Origin: Chrysomallon squamiferum
Taxonomy: Eukaryota; Animalia; Mollusca
Reading direction: 5' to 3'
Length of the DNA stretch: 64,000 nucleotides
Assembly: GCA_012295275.1 (NCBI GenBank)
Contig: CM022670.1
Location: forward strand, 29,698,001 to 29,762,000
In this document: piece by piece, positions 1 to 28,999 of the stretch
Layout of the letters: every line of letters starts with the position of its first letter
Numbering within the stretch: position 1 is the first letter of the stretch
The notes under the pieces: generated by a model
The model's input: the letters and a program-made list of their open reading frames with translations, nothing else
The model's database searches: none
Told to the model about the DNA's origin: nothing
Position numbers and translations under genes: made by a program

Positions 1-235
1 ATAGGTCTTGGGATTGCAGTCATGTATCGGCTCCTTTCAAAAGGCAGAGATATAATATTAGTGCGTCTATATCGAATTGTCTAGTTAATCATTTAGCACT
101 CTATTACCACATCGGGTGTGCTGTAGTAGTTGTTGTAGCAGATGTATTTCTAGTAGTAGTAGCAGTAGTAGCCGCAGCAGTGAGAGTAGTAATGTGTTGT
201 TGTCATAATAACAAAGGCCATGGTAGTAGTATATA

Positions 236-285
<50 letters not shown>

Positions 286-2214
286 CGAATAACGAAAATG
301 AAAACAGAATAAACCAAAAAATAAAACAAAATAATATTAAGAAGAAAAATAAGAAAACAAAATATATTATCTATTAATTTATTAATATGTACAGAATAGA
401 ACGCAAAAAATAATAATAAAGAAATATAGCTGAAATCAGATCTCTCTGAAATTTTAATGACATGTTTTGTTCTCTCTATTATTTATATAACAGAGCTTCC
501 TAGTAAATATCTATTTCGGTACAATAAGAATGATTGATTACCCCTAAATCATAGTTATATCATAAACTAACCGACTAACTAATTAACTAAGTAATAAAAA
601 AATAAACAGATGAATAAATAAATAAATTCTTTCTTTTTCTTCTTTGTTAAATGGATTTTAATACATTTTATTTATTTATTGACTTACATATTTATTTGTT
701 TGTTTATTTGTTTATCTGATAATGTTGTTGCTATATAATCCAGGAACATGTTGAGCAAATATCTGATATATGTGTGTGTGTGTGTTTCTTTATTCTTGTC
801 TATTTTTCTTTCTTTTTTTTCATGGTAGTTCATCGAAATATGTTATATACCAGATATTTATATAATCTTTAACTGAAATGCCTGCTTATACATTAAACAA
901 TGGGTATGCGGTTAATAATGGCATTATGTGTATTATTCATTAAAACTAAATCTGATGTATTTAATCAAATTTTGTTTGTTATTTTTCCACTTCATGTGTA
1001 AGTGTATTTGATTTTCAAAAATCTACAGACACTCGTGTGTTTGTGTCTGTCGTGTGTTAAATTAAGCAGACATTTATCACAGAATTTCAACACGTCTGTC
1101 ACTAATGTTCAGTGTGTCTTATACCACTGAGAGTACGTATGCGTTTCACTGTCTGGTTTTGTTGCTTTAGTCGTGTCAGTTTTCTTTTTCCCGTTTCAGT
1201 TTCTTTTTTCTTCTTCTTCTTCTTTGTCTCCTTGTTGTTCTTCCTGGATTTTTACTCTATACTTTTTTTCACTGCAAGGCAAGAGCTGAATTTCCTTATA
1301 ACTGGAAAAGTAAGAAGATGAAAAAAGATAATTATTCGACTTCGTGTAAAACATTCAGAAAAGTGGAAGATTTAATTTTACATGTTTAAGAGAGGCAAAA
1401 GTCTCAGAAAAACAGAAGATGACGGAGAAAGAGGTAATTACGCTTCTTAAATTAATATTTTATTTCAGCTTTTTGCACTTCAGACATTTTCATGGTGTTG
1501 AGAAAGATTTTTTAATGTATTAATTTGTTTGGTTATTAAATTAAAAAAAAAATTGTTGTTTTATTGAATATATATTACTTTCTTTTCATTTGTTAACCTT
1601 TGAGAATTACACCTACTTTCATTAGATTAATTAAGGGAATGTTAAAAATATTTAATTAGTCTTTAAAAAAGAAACAGATTCACAAAAAGATTCTGTTAAT
1701 AATAATAACAACAAAAACAAAGGTGAGAGAAGAATAATATCAATAATAGGCTCTAATAATAATAATATTAAGAAGAAAATATATAGACTAATATTAATAG
1801 CTTTCAGGGTGACTGTTTTAAATTATTCACCTAAAATGAAATCTGTTACTTCGTTCACTCGTAACAGAATAAGAAAATTAATATTATTGTCAACTGTAAT
1901 TGCTCAGTCTGATAGAAGAAAGACAACTTCTGGTAGACAATTTATACACAAAGATAATTTGTTTCTCTTTGGTCACATCTTTACACTGGTTTCTGCTAAT
2001 TTAATTCTGACCATGTTATAGGTTTGTTATTGCTGACTTTGCTTTTCTGTTTCTGAGGGTTGAAGACATTTTGTTGTTTGTTATTATTTCATTTTGTTTA
2101 AATTTCTTTCTTTTGATTGCTTTATGTATTTAATATATATATTTGTTTGCCTATTGATTCGATTTCTGATTTTTTTTCTGTTACTTTATTTATTTGTTCG
2201 TTCGTTTATTAATA

Positions 2215-2249
<35 letters not shown>

Positions 2250-2584
2250 ACATATCTGATGTAATTTGTTTTGTTGTCATGTGTTTAGTGTGGATTAGAT
2301 TTTGCTTTTTTTTTTTTTTTTTCTGGACAGACTCTGTTTATTTAATTCCTTACATGTATAGTCTTTTGATGTTCCCAGAAATATAATCTCAAATTCATCT
2401 GAGTTTCTGTTTTTATTATTATTACATTTCGTTCTTTGTTTCAAACGAACTCTGTTTTTTTTTTTACTCTCAACTGATGTAATATCAGTCCTGTTTTCTA
2501 AGACATTATTATTACTGATTTATTTAATATGCAGCTATACTGTTAATAGTAATTTTCGTTTCATTAAATGTTAGAACGAGACAC

Positions 2585-3313
<729 letters not shown>

Positions 3314-4347
3314 TGGACAGATATTTCTGAAATTCTAGCCTTAATATGAAAGAATCGCATAAACACAGAAACTCATATATACATGTACATCAACATTAAA
3401 AACTCAAATCATAAAACATCACACACACAAAAACATTTAAACAATAACACAAACACAAACGCTCGCAAACTCTAATTCATTAAAAAAATAATAATAGTAA
3501 AACAGATTTGCAGGATATTTTTAACAGAACACAGATAACAACACAGACTCAAAGCTGGCTTTTTCTGTTTACTTCGAATTAGCATTACTCTGTGCAGTAT
3601 AATCACAGACGTGGTTTTAAATGTTACAAAAGACTACATGGTATTACCACAAATGGAGATCAACATTTGACTTTACTGAGTACCAAAAATAAACTACAAA
3701 TACATCAACATTCCACATAATTACATGAAGAAAAAGATATAATTTATATTTGACATTTAACCATATTTTGAAATGATTTCAGTTGAATCACTTTTTTAGA
3801 ATATTATACAGTACAAAGATACTGAAAGACAAATATTATCTGTATACGAAACATTTTTTACCAACAAATAACATTATACAAAACACTTAAAAATCGTTAT
3901 TATATTAGAAAAATGAAAATAATTATTACATTTAACTCAAATTTGAGTTGTAAAGCAAAACATTAACATGACGTCTCAAATTGTTGAATGTTTTCAAGTG
4001 ATTTGAATAATACGGGAATGATGATAATGTATACGACTCGTTTAAAAATAAAAATAAAACCACACTCTGTTACAGGTGTTTCTAAGGAAATAATATAGCT
4101 AAGTAATTCTTTCGAGTGAATATGTTAATTAATTGCACTGCAGTGTTTCATCAGTTTTTCGTAAAGCACAAAATATTCCAAAGAATAAATATTTCTGATA
4201 ATAATTATCTAGAATGATTAATTATGGTAATTAACTATAATTCGATACAGGTTTTCTGGAAATACTAATGTGACAATGAATAAACACAAAGACACATACA
4301 TACACATACTCACATACACACATATAGGCCTACACACATGTACATAC

Positions 4348-4380
<33 letters not shown>

Positions 4381-4411
4381 CACAAATACACACACAAATA
4401 TATATACATAC

Positions 4412-4481
<70 letters not shown>

Positions 4482-7318
4482 GATTATTGTTTATGGTTTC
4501 ATTATGATGATGGGTTTTAGTAATGGATAATTGTACGATGTTGTTTTTATGCAGTGCTAATTACAAATAATTTTAAGCTGAACTTACTTCTTGCTGTAGT
4601 TCAGCCCTTCAGTGGTTATACAAGCCTCATTCACGTAGAAGTTAAGCAGTCTGTCTTAATAATTTTATTACTGGGATCGAATCCCGGTATTAGTTTCTCG
4701 GATAATTGAGAAAGTATAAGAACATTTCATCCTTTCTTCAATTTAACCTTATAATATATAAGTACACTGGACAGAAGCTCCGGATTTGTCTACACATGTT
4801 TTCTGTCTAATAATATTATAATATATTAGCACTTGGTAAACCCAATATTTTACGGATGTCAAACATATTTCAACTATAAACACACTGACTCACTGATTAC
4901 ACTTTCAGATTCTGTTTTATTTGGGCGCTTCAAGGTGTTGTCGCTGTACAAGATCGGACGGAACGCCGTCGTTCATTAAATGAGAATGCAACTTTTTTAA
5001 CATCATTCCCAGATTAATACTCATTAGATGGTTTCTGATGACGAATAATAATTGGATTGAATAAACCGATAGTTATTTACGTCAGTTTTATTTCAATTCT
5101 TGCTGTGATGGATAACATATATTTTAGTTCCAAGTCTGATATTCTCTTTTATCTGTTTATTATGGTTTTATCCTTAGTGATTTTTGCCTGAATTAGAAAT
5201 TATTCAATAACAGTTCTCTGAAACTGTTTTAGAAAGCAGTCAGCCGACCAGGGCTCAGAAATCTGATTTGAATCTAAGACGATTTTCGAAGTTGATTATT
5301 GATTTTAAATACGTTTTGTTTATGCAAATTTTTTCTCTCTCACGTAAATGTGTGTGCAAGTGCTTGGGTGAATGGGTGTATGTATGGGTATTTGAATGGT
5401 TTATTTGTATTAAAGTAACCAAAATGAATTATAAAATAAAAATATGCGACAAACAGCACGATACATTTCAGCACATGATACAAAACACTGTTAAATAATT
5501 ACATCTTAAACACATTAATATCACATATATACAGTATCTCCAATATATGATGTTATGGTTGAAATGAACCGTCAATTAATATCAATATTCGACAAGAAAT
5601 AAAAAATATTTTCTCTATATTATTTTATACTATTTCGAAATATCATTATTTATGTATACATTCACAAATCCTGTAACAACTTAACTATATACTGCAATGT
5701 TAACTGTAACCTCTAAGTACTGTATAATATAATTATATGTTACAATTCGTTGTAATATAAATGCAATGTGCTCTGCCAATATTCTGCTGCTACGCCGTTT
5801 AAAAAAAAAAAAAAAAAAAAAAAAAACATTATAATTATTGTTATCGATTGCTTTTTTATGACGTTTACATTTATTAGATTAAGAAACACTTTAAAGGAAA
5901 TAAAATATTAATATTTCTGATCGATACTTGTGTAAGAATATTATATAATACTAATGAACAGAATCAGTTTTTGACATTTCTTTTTAAAAAGTTGAATGCT
6001 AATTGTTTCTGATAGTATCTGGATGATAACTGATGATGGTAAAAATCTGATTTTTTTTTTAGAAATTTAGAAAAAAATATCATAATTCTTACTTCTTTAA
6101 TTCGTTTCCCGTACATATATATATATATTAATATGTGTGTTGTTCTCTACTTATCTTTGTCTATCTCTCTATCTCTGTTTTTGTCTATCTGTCTCTATCA
6201 TTATTTCTTTATGCACTCAGTCCTTGTTTTTCTTTTTCTGTCTCCCACGCGCTCTGTTTTTCATTCTGTATTTTTCACTTTCTATTTCCTCTATCTCCTT
6301 CTCGCACTAATTCATTTCTCATTCCTTATTTTAAATAATAATATTCTGTTTCACTAAACTGCTTATTTTACACTTTACTTTCCCGTGTTACAATCATTAA
6401 AACAACAATACGAAGAAAAACAGTTCACTGTGGAAGTTAATTAAAGTCTGCATTAGAAAACAGGAGATGAGATTAATCGGACCTTCAGAGATGAACATAC
6501 ACGTGCAAAGAAGGAATTAAAACAATGGACTGATGAATGACTTATGTTTTTTCGTCGAGCACAACGAAAGCTATTAGTAGATTGAAGTTATATTAAGTAC
6601 ATACGTAATTGACTGTTTGTCCAATACACATTATTATTATTATCAACTTGTCATCATCATCATCATCATCACATTCATCATTATTATCAACATCATTATC
6701 ATTATTTATGTTGTTGTTTTAAAAAGAAGATAAAAGCAATGGATTTAATTTTTCAGTGTAGTTTTGGATTGTGAATGAACCGCGTTGGCCTGGAATGTTT
6801 CAGATGTGTTAACTGTTTTGTTATGTTCCAACGTGAAGAAAAATTAAAAAGGTACACTAAAAAGAAGGAATTAAAAATAATAAAGATCAAGCTGAGAATA
6901 TTTAGAGCAAACGATATAATCGAGAATCAATTTGCCAGCACAGACATAATTACAAATATGAAAATACTTACACTGCCCGACATACGTAGATCCCTACTTA
7001 GGCTTATTTGTTTTACGTCTATCTTTTTTTCCTTTATTTATTTATTTATTATTTTAATTAAACAGTTAAGATTGTTATGTCCTTGTGACACACTAGTAGT
7101 GTAAAGGTTTGCTTCTACACACGCGTTTTGTTCGCTTAAGTAGGACGTGTCGGTAGTTCTCACTGAAATTTCCATATTGAGTACGTTCACATATCTTCTA
7201 AATATTTATTATATACTCACATAGTTGTATTTTAATAACATGTACATTTCAATATCTTGATCCCTGACTTCTATATTCTTAAAACTAACTGTTGTCCACT
7301 CTCTGATTTCCGATATGT

Positions 7319-7356
<38 letters not shown>

Positions 7357-7747
7357 TATTCATGTGATACCGCTAACAATAAGTATTATATGATACAAAA
7401 TATTTCAAGAATGTATATATTTATATATGTGTGTATGTGTGTGTGTGAACAAGGTGATTTATTTATAGCTGAGAGTTATCAGTGTGTAACATCTGGTGTT
7501 AATACATTAAAAACTTTAGTTCATCTGGTATCAACATGGCCATTAAATACAAAGTGATCTTTTATTATAAAAATTTATCAGAATCTTAGTTCAAAGTCCG
7601 GTATGCGTTTCTCGATCAAAGCAGAATTAATATTCTTGTGTGCTGCAGAACGTTTAACTTCTTGAAAACACGTTTAGACATGAACTGACACATTTATTAT
7701 AAAATCATACAAACACACTACACAAAAAATAAATCTGCATGAACTGT

Positions 7748-8154
7748 AAGAACAGATGGGGCGATTAACGAAATTAACCTTAATGACCAGTGAACAGCAG
7801 AGGTAAGCCGGAATAGAGACTGCAAGAAAATTAATGTTTGGAGACATGAAATAAAATCTGGAGACAGGAAATACTACCAACAGAAAAGCACAAGCTCTTC
7901 CAGCTGAGATTGAAGTACGTCACGTGTACCCGGGACACGGCTTCCTACTTGTCAGCTTGCGGTGGAGTGCTTTCTGGAACATTTCATGTGTTGAGTGTGA
8001 CTGAATGTGCTTTCAAATTGTGGACAAAATACTGTTTAACAAAAGTACATCAATTAAGGTGACGGAACACCAATTATAAGGGTGAGCAGGAAACTGCCAG
8101 AAATGGAACAACTGGTGTGTCCAATTAAGATGTGTTATAATCAGATTCGGGAAT
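7748..8154 (+). repeat. Interspersed repeat copy A (in probable 3' UTR of the pLGIC gene), inverted relative to copy B
   Basis: Reverse complement of 16234-16665, with an 87-nt identical core (7886-7972). ORFs 7674-7880(-) and 16458-16694(+) share FMSPNI.FLAVSIPA.LC. Confidence 0.9.
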
Positions 8155-8336
8155 AAACCCCGCTGCAGTCGTGTTTTTGTGTCTTAGTTCTGTGAGCAAG
8201 AGGCCAGAACGGCTGATATATTATTTGTTTCTCTTTAAGACGACGATCCATGACTTCAAATCCAAAATGAGGATTTTAACAGATGTTTTCTTTGGCATAG
8301 ATAACTGTGATATGATAGAAGTGTCAGCGGCAGAGA

Positions 8337-19992
<11,656 letters not shown>

Positions 19993-20690
19993 AATGTCAC
20001 CACCTGAAAATATTATTATAATGAAAATACATTTTCACAATATATACATACATACATATTACGTCCCCAAATATATACATTGTAAAATAATACTTTATAT
20101 TATAAAGAGTAATAAAAACCCAGACTCAGTACTGAACCGTGAATCTAAGTAGTCACAGTGAAAGAAAAGTAATAATATTGCTCGTTTGATGGCTTCTGGA
20201 ACATTTCAACTCAATCAATTCTTGGAAAATTTAATTTAATTCAAAGTGTACATTAGGCTCATTGGATTTTTCAAATAAAGTTTATTTGCATACATATGTG
20301 AAGGTCTGTACACAATATGGAAAACGTTATTGTCAGGTTTATGTTGGCTGAAAACTAGTTACGTTCAAGACATATATTACGACTGATATTGTTTATCTTA
20401 ATGTAAGATCAACTATAATTATACCAGAGACATGGCATAACATAACCTTTGAGCGAAAATTATAAAACATAAAATAAAATAATATCCGAAAAACACACAC
20501 ACAAACATACACACACACATATACATAGACAGACATACAGACACACAATGTAGATAGTTAGGACGGTATGTAAGATACATTAATAGCTATATAGGTAGAT
20601 ATACTGACATACAGAAAGACAGATCGCTAAATACATACATACATACATACATGCACACCCACAAACATACATACATTCAGATAGATATAT

Positions 20691-20722
<32 letters not shown>

Positions 20723-22101
20723 ACCAACAATGCACTTTTTATATCTAGATTTATTATTATTATGTTAAATGTATATTTAAGGCAACATATATAATTTTAG
20801 AAGATGTCGGTTCTGTTACTGAAAGGGATGCAAAGGAGGAGTGATCCAACGAACATTCAGGTCGCTGACATTCATCATCATCATCAACATCATCAATAAC
20901 AACACCAACAACAACAACAACAATAATAATAATAATAAGGATAGGGATAAGGATAATGATAAAAGAAAAGAAGACGAAGAAGAAGGCAAAAATAATTAAA
21001 ACTAATACGAAGTTATGTAAAAATATTTACTTTCAAAAACAATTTAATTTTTAAAATTAGTTTGAGTTAGTTTCTCATCAGTTGTTAATTTCAAAATTCT
21101 GCTGTTGGCGTTGGGAAAATATAGCTCAAGATGTTTTTGCTTTATAACTGTTACTGAAAATTAAGCATTTCCAGCTTGTTTAAATGGATAGCGAGTTAAC
21201 ATTTACAATTTGCCAAGCACGTAAACATACATACACGAATGCACACACACACGAAATAGACTAAATAGTTCAATTTATATAGTAACAAAGAAGGAGACAG
21301 ACAGATATACAGACGGACAGACAGAATGCGAGACAAACATTTTTCTACATATGTTTTTATAATTAAAGACAACAACGAAACTGTAACAGTTCTCAAAATC
21401 ACGAAAAATAACTTACCGATATGGAACTTAATGGACAAGAGCGGATGAATTCAGTCAAAACAATTTACATAGTAGTTGTAGCAGCAGCAGCAGCAGTAAT
21501 AGTAATAATAGTAGTATTAGTAGTAGTAGTAGAAGTAGTAATAGTAGTAGTAGTAGTAGTAGTAGTGGTTTAGCAAAACTATATATACATATATACATAT
21601 AAATGTATATATACACATACAAAACTGAAAGTTACTCGTTTGCCTCCTAGCTGATATAATCAACCAAACAGTATAGACTGCATGATTAAACTGGAATAAA
21701 GCAGATGTCTGCATTTCTGATTGTCACGTGGGTCCCAGTTAATAACGAATATATGAGAAAAATCACCAAGCGTGTCGAACTTTTGTAATTTGATTCTAGT
21801 ATTTAAGGTAACAACTGTAATATATGCTTAGTTAAGAAATAACCGCCTGCAGCAAGTGTTTGGTATGCGGAGAAAAAGTGGTATTAGTTTCGCATTTGAA
21901 TCAGTAAATAAATAACACACACACACACACACACATACACACATATATTTATAAAGATGTATACACATATACACATACATCCCGATTATAGTCTATATGC
22001 AGAGTTTAATCAGACGTACGAAAGACAGAGTATTCAAATCCTAAAAACTACATACTTGCCAATGCCGGCATCCCACAAAAAAAAAAAAAAAAAAAACTCA
22101 C

Positions 22102-22310
22102 GCAAAAATGACGAAAGACAAAGAACTGCGTGCTTCGTGAGAAGCGACGATTAACTCGGTTACTGAGCAACTTTTCTTTTAACGTTGTCTTGATGGCCGA
22201 GCCGCAACGTCGTCCTCATTCGGAATGCGGACGAATGGGTGCCATACGTTCGAGGCTCGTCAGCGGACTATTGACGGGGTTTGTGAGGTCGTGACTGGAC
22301 TTTGTCCTTA
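22102..22310 (-). other. Putative non-coding 5' (first) exon / promoter region of the pLGIC gene
   Basis: CpG-rich island in AT-rich context, ending in a strong donor TTTTTGC|gtgagt about 2.1 kb upstream of the ATG exon, which itself has an acceptor. In-frame stops indicate UTR. Upstream boundary is approximate. Confidence 0.45.
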
Positions 22311-25300
22311 TGTATCAGTGCTTTCCCGAAAATTGTCTCAATGTGTAGTCTAATTAGTATATAAATAATTAGAATAGTCACATCCTTAAAAATATACACA
22401 CATACATATATAAATACGTACATAAATAGATGCGTACTCCTGTTGATCATTCTTGTTGTAGAGATGTCTTATATCACACAAAATTTTATATTCGTCAGTC
22501 TTCGTCGGAATAATTTCTACGTTCTGCAGAGCAGTGACCTGCTATATGTTTTCACTATATTAGAAAGTGCATATAAAATATCCTTTGTTGGAGCGATATA
22601 TTATGTTTTACAACACCTTTTGTTAGATATTTAAAACTGTTAAAAATATATTTATTCTAAACAGTAATAAGAGGATTGATGACGTAATTAGATAAACTTT
22701 TTTTTGTATGGATTGAAAATTTCAGTACAGTATACTATGTTATATAATTTCAGACAATACAAATCCTTTAGTTATTGAAAATGTCTACATGATATTCTTT
22801 TGTTTAAAACAATATCGAAAATTAAATAGCATTAACTTAGTACTTTTAGCATAAAACTAGCATTGTTCCAGTTATTACGACAGCATTATTGTTTAACATA
22901 TAGATAATATACATTAATTCATAAAATTTATAGAAGACAAATAGGTCTTAAAGGCAAAAACGTATATACCGTAATCAAAGAAACATGTCTTGTAGAGAGG
23001 ATAATATTCCTTTTCTACTTTACTACTATTATCATCATCATCATAATCATTATTATTATATTATTATTACTATTATTATTATTATTATTATTATTATCAT
23101 TATCATCAGCATCATAACCATCATCATCATATTCAGTTTATACACAGCTACAAAACTACCATAAGCCGTGAAAAGAGAACACACGGTATGCACAGACTTG
23201 CCACCGCAAGCAATAACGTTGTAAGCAATAACGTACCATGTTACCTAGATCAATAGCAAGTACACAATTCAGATCGTCACGCTTGATATCTGTTGTGTTT
23301 AAAACACTCCATACAAGAGTAGTGTCAGTAAAAATATGATGGTTTACTTAAATTTTTATTTCTCGCCAAGGTTTAATGTCTGATCAAGTATTTCAGTGAC
23401 ATTTAAATAAAGTGTATTCATTTGAATTTGTGAACAATATAAATGCGTTTGTGTTTGTGTGTGTGTGTATGTGTGTGTGTTTGTGTGTGTGTATGTGTGT
23501 GTGTGTGTGTCTATGTATATTGCTAGGAGATATAAGATATAATAAATAGATGAATTGTTGATTAATAGCCTACATGTTTGATTATCAGCTCAATAATTAA
23601 TATATCGATATCATCAGTTATCGTAGAGGTTTCAATACACTGCCAATAAAGGTCATGTTGAAGAACACAAAGAAGAAGAAGAAGAAGAAGAAAAAGAAAG
23701 AGGAGGAGGGAGGGAGAAATGCTTAATTTAATCATGCTTCATATATAATTTTATGGTCAAACCTCATACATTGTATAACATGCAATTCTGAGTCAATAAA
23801 CAACAAGACATGTCACGATCGATCCACCATGATTCAGCCACGTGTTCTAATCACCGATCCAAACTGTACAAGTCTCCGTGTTATGTAAAATTAATACACA
23901 GACTCAGCACACTGATCCCGACACTGGTTCAGTTCACTTTAAGTGTCAAGTCAAAATTATCTTAAACAATAAACCTCTTCAGCTGCTGTTGTTATAAACC
24001 TCATCAAAGACGAAAACAAAACAGACTTGCAAATGAATTTCAGTTTGCCCAGTTTGTGTTGTAAGAAAATGAAATGCTGAAGACACGCGATGATGCTAAT
24101 TTAATAATTTAAGTGAAGAAATGATAACAGTTAAGACTAAAAGGAACATGAAGTGAGATGATAGAATCCGAACTATTCAAGTCGAAAAAAATGAGTTATA
24201 TAAAAGACGTATTAAATTCATTTTAACACAGCTAAGTATACGAAGAGATGAGTTTTTCTTACGTTTCTATTACACAAGATTTCTGTTATTTCAAATTAAT
24301 GTCTTACATACAAAATTTACTGTTCTCGGTTACAAGCATTGGGAATATATTTTAATAAAACGAATTTTAATACAAAACATTAAATGTATATAGAAAATAT
24401 TGCAGTATCACTCGTATTTGCAGGAGCATTATTTCCGATGAATACCAGAACACAGAAATAATGTAATTATATTATACCATTGGTGAAATAACTGTCTCTG
24501 TCAGAAATAACGTTTATAGTCTGTTGTACTCCTTGTTCCCTTTATAGAAGTATGTAACGTAATTTCATCGTTACGTTCTTGATAGAAAATTAATAATGTT
24601 CAATTTGTCCATGACGTAAGCATTATAAGATTACGAAGCAGAGTTTTATGTTAAACATATACTTTTACTACTATTACTACTACTATTCTCATACTTCACC
24701 CTATGTCACTAACTGGTTTCCAAAGCCATTTTGTAACTCGTGGTGCTTTTTTTTCTTATTTTGTTTTATTTTATTTTGTTTTTATTTTTGTTTTTATTTA
24801 TTTATTTTGTTTTTTCATACTTGTTTAATGAATATGCTTTTTTATTTTAGGTTACGTTGCTGACTGACACAACGTTGGATGTAATGACGTTAGCAGAAAC
24901 AACGTAAAGCGGGGTATTACTGTATTATTATTGTCGTTGCTGTTGTTTTATTTTATTCACTCTGGGGTAACATGGTTCTGCAATAATATCGCACATAATA
25001 ACTACTGAGACTATATATTCAGGATAAATATATTGTATGTCACTAGATTACGTATTATTTATATCAAACAAATGGAAGTTTTAGCTGTGACAATCCAAAA
25101 CGTAATTACTAAGTTTCATTCTGATTGCTGATTGCTTGCTTTCTTTGACGTATTCGTGCATGATATGTTAGTTTTAAGTGTTGTTGATCCATGTTATATA
25201 TTAAATACTATAACATCCTGCATAATGCGATTTAACATTATTAATGTTATAAAGTTAATCAGCCTTTCTTTTACATAATATAATTTAATATTATATAGTT

Positions 25301-28300
25301 TTCTTTAACAAATCTGCCTAAATCCATTCAAATATTCAAATCCCTGACTGATGGATCATCAGATCTTTGTAAGACTGATAATTCTATTACTGGAAGCTCG
25401 GTCGTCATTTCCCTTGGATGATTGATCATCGTATTTTTCAATAACTGATCATGGTATCACAGAATCAACCTGTTCCTGGATGACTAAAGGTAACACAGAG
25501 GCTCTGATTAACAGATCTGACTTTGAAATTTAACACTGAAATGCATTATCAAGTGATAAGAGGTTATAATTAAACCCAAGAGATGTTGAGTAACCGTGAA
25601 ACATTTCTTTGACCTCTGAGTTGTTGACGTTTTCTTACATGATACAGCTGACCGGCCGCAGAGGCCGAGGTACTGTTGATTTGTGTGAAATTGATAAACA
25701 ACGACAGCAACAGCAACAACAGCAATAAAAACAACAATAATAATATTTCTGTATTATTCATGAAGAAGAAGAAAAAAGTTATTTATAATCTTTATAACAA
25801 CATTTTAGTTATATTCAGCTGCCCTTCTAGTAACAACCTTGCAGGACGGAAAAAAAAATTTGTTTAGTTTAGTTTTTATTATCTTTTTTACAATGTTTTC
25901 TTCATCTTTAATGCGCATTGTAACTACAAAACGTCTTAATCCCATCCCTTGCTTTCTGATATCAGCTTTAATTAACTTAAGCGTAGAACTGTTTCCCTTT
26001 GTGTCTGAGGTCACGTGAAATATACAGTGTGTAAGTCGTGTCACTACCATTATGATCCCACATGAGTTTTATTGATATCTCGCAATCTCCATTTGGGCCT
26101 CTTTTTCAAAAATAATACTTGACTACAGTCTAAACAAATAACTAGGTTGTTCTACAGAATAGTCTAATAATTATACTATAATTTTTTATTTAAGAAAATG
26201 TATTTAAACAGAGTAGAAAGAAAGACTGTTCTATACCATTTGAGTTTTTTCTTGCCAAAAGACAATAAAATAATATATTTAGAGGTAAAGTAATGTCTTA
26301 TTAAATATTTCAAGATACACTTTAATTTTTAAAATGTGTGATCTAAAAACAAAACATAATAATAATAACAATAATAATAATTTTGCTGATTCTAAATTAT
26401 ATATAGTGATTCTCATATTTCTGTGTAATAAAGGCCGAAGTGACATATCGGAAATAGAAAAAGAAAAAGGAGAAAAAAACAACAAGATAAATATTTCTCG
26501 ACAAGTCTGATTTGCTTCCTTCTGTCAGTGTATGCAATGCAAAATGAAACCAAGAAAAAACAAAGGCGTTGATCTATTTACATTTTACAGAAAATAAAAT
26601 CCCCTAGGAGCTAAAGATCGTTGTTAAATATTTAAATTTTGCAGAAGACGAAATTCAAATAACTCCAGTGTTACTTCAGTTTTTTAAAGCTTTTTAAAGG
26701 ATTTGGACTGAAAACTCGTAAATTGAAATTTTATATTTTGAACTATTATTGCTTTGTGGTGATATTAACTGTGTATTGCGTATAAAATTAATAAGTTTTA
26801 ACTCTGGTTGTATTTTAAAATTTACGGTAGGATTTCGATTGAAATAATACTTTCTTAAATTCTTTTTCTTCTTTCTGAACTTACATACCTATTACATGCA
26901 TGCATACTAACATATACATTCATATCACCGTGGAAATGAAATAAACTGCAGATAAATTAATTTATCCAGGACATTTTAAAATGTAATGAAATGTAACGAC
27001 AATCTAACATCCTGTTAGAAATATCCCCGAAGAGTCTCGATTTATTTTTGTCTTCAAAATTTGTCTTGTCACAGGCCGTTTACCTAGGAAGGAAGTTGCT
27101 GATCCGTGATAGCAGTGACGTTTGAAAACCTCCACTCAGGGGAATGTTTCACCCCACTGGGAATTCCTTTCATTTATTTTTATACAGTGTACAAAATCCA
27201 TTAATAGCAGTTGCTACCAGTTGCAGTCTTGTTAACATTTAGTTTTCTTCTTCTTTCTTTTCTTCTTCTGTATATAATAGACACAATACGTTTATTTAAA
27301 ATGACTCTTAATTTTATTTTATTTGTGTAGCTCAGTTAAAACATATTTATATATATGACTTATTACACATATACTAACACACACCCACACCGCTGCACTG
27401 TCCTCTGATCCATTCTTTCGGTCATTTCATTACACGGCCTTTGTGGACGTTATTCACAACTGCGAAATCAATCTTCGTGCATAAAACATTATCCGCGAGA
27501 TCGTTCATATCGGCAGTCCCATGCGAGAACAACTGCAGTAGGTGAATTATGCCTCCTAAGCTAGAACTGACATAAATGTGAATTCCTGTTACTGCTAATT
27601 AACTGTTATAAAATGGAGGTTATTTTCGTGAAGGAAATAGGCTTTCTGAGGTGTTGTGTGATGCAAAAGAATGGAAATGCATTAATGCGTGAAAAGGAAA
27701 AAGGAAAGAAATGGAATTAGAAGGGTGCAATCAAAAAAAGGATAAACACAATGCCACGAAAGAGATAAACCTGCAAGTCTGCAATGAATTTGGTAAATGG
27801 TAAAATTAGAAGTCATTTATCTATATGCAAATAAACCAAATGTTTGCGGAGTCACACATATATAATTAGCAATATGAAATAGGTTAATGTATGAATTTAT
27901 AGAGAAATGTTTTCAACCAGAAAACCTGGAAGCATATTTAACAGAACTGTATTTCCACAAATACAGTTTAACAGAAAAATATAATATAGAAAGATAATAC
28001 TATAGTTTACGAAAAACTACAAGTGTGCAAATGTGTTAATCATTTTTCGCGCTGGCAAATGCAATATTAGAAGATTATCGAAAATTATAATAATAAAGTA
28101 TGTCCAAATTCAACCACACTTTCATACAAACAAGTTAATAGAAAAATATCGGTTAAAATGAAAAAGTATAATATTTTAAAATAATTTTCTGTATTAGTTA
28201 TCCATTCTCTCTCGCAGCCTATAATGCTTAAAAAAAAGAAAAAGAAAAAATCCCCAGCTTACACAATCCAAAGTTTTCGTTTATCATTCGCTGTGAGAAG

Positions 28301-28999
28301 GGGCAATTGCTTTCATCTTCCATGACGCCAGTTGTTTGGTTTTTGTTTGATCGTGCAGGCACATTTCATATATCGGATAATGGAACCAATATGTCGTACG
28401 ACTTATAGTTTTGTTAATTTAAAATGCAAACACAAAGAAAAAAATACAGATTTATTGAATAAAATTAATGTTAAGTGCATTAATTCACCCTAAGAATAAC
28501 ATCCATTCACTGTATCGTAACTGAGGGCCAAAATGACTTTGGGCTCCAGAGTACAGGCAATATGAATTCTATTTCAATTAGCCGAAACGCAGTGTTCAAT
28601 ATACTTTACCACCCTAACATTATACAATTACTAATGATAAACAAAATAGTAATGCATGCACATTTACAAAGAGAACAATGACAGACATAGAGAGTGGGAG
28701 AGAAAGATATGGGGTATTATGAAATTACATCGACAGTTAATTTAAAATAATTATTTTCGCCACTGACTGAATGTGTAACCATAACGAGACCACTTCCTAA
28801 TATCAATAGCCTTTGTTGATAATGTCGCAACAACAAGCTGTTACATGGGATGAAGTTTATGTGATGTTTATTGTTATTACTACTAAAACTGATACTACTA
28901 CAATTACTACAATTACTACTACTACTACTACTACTACAATCACTACTAGTACTACTACTATCACTAATAATAATAAGAAGAAGAATAAGAAGAAAAAAT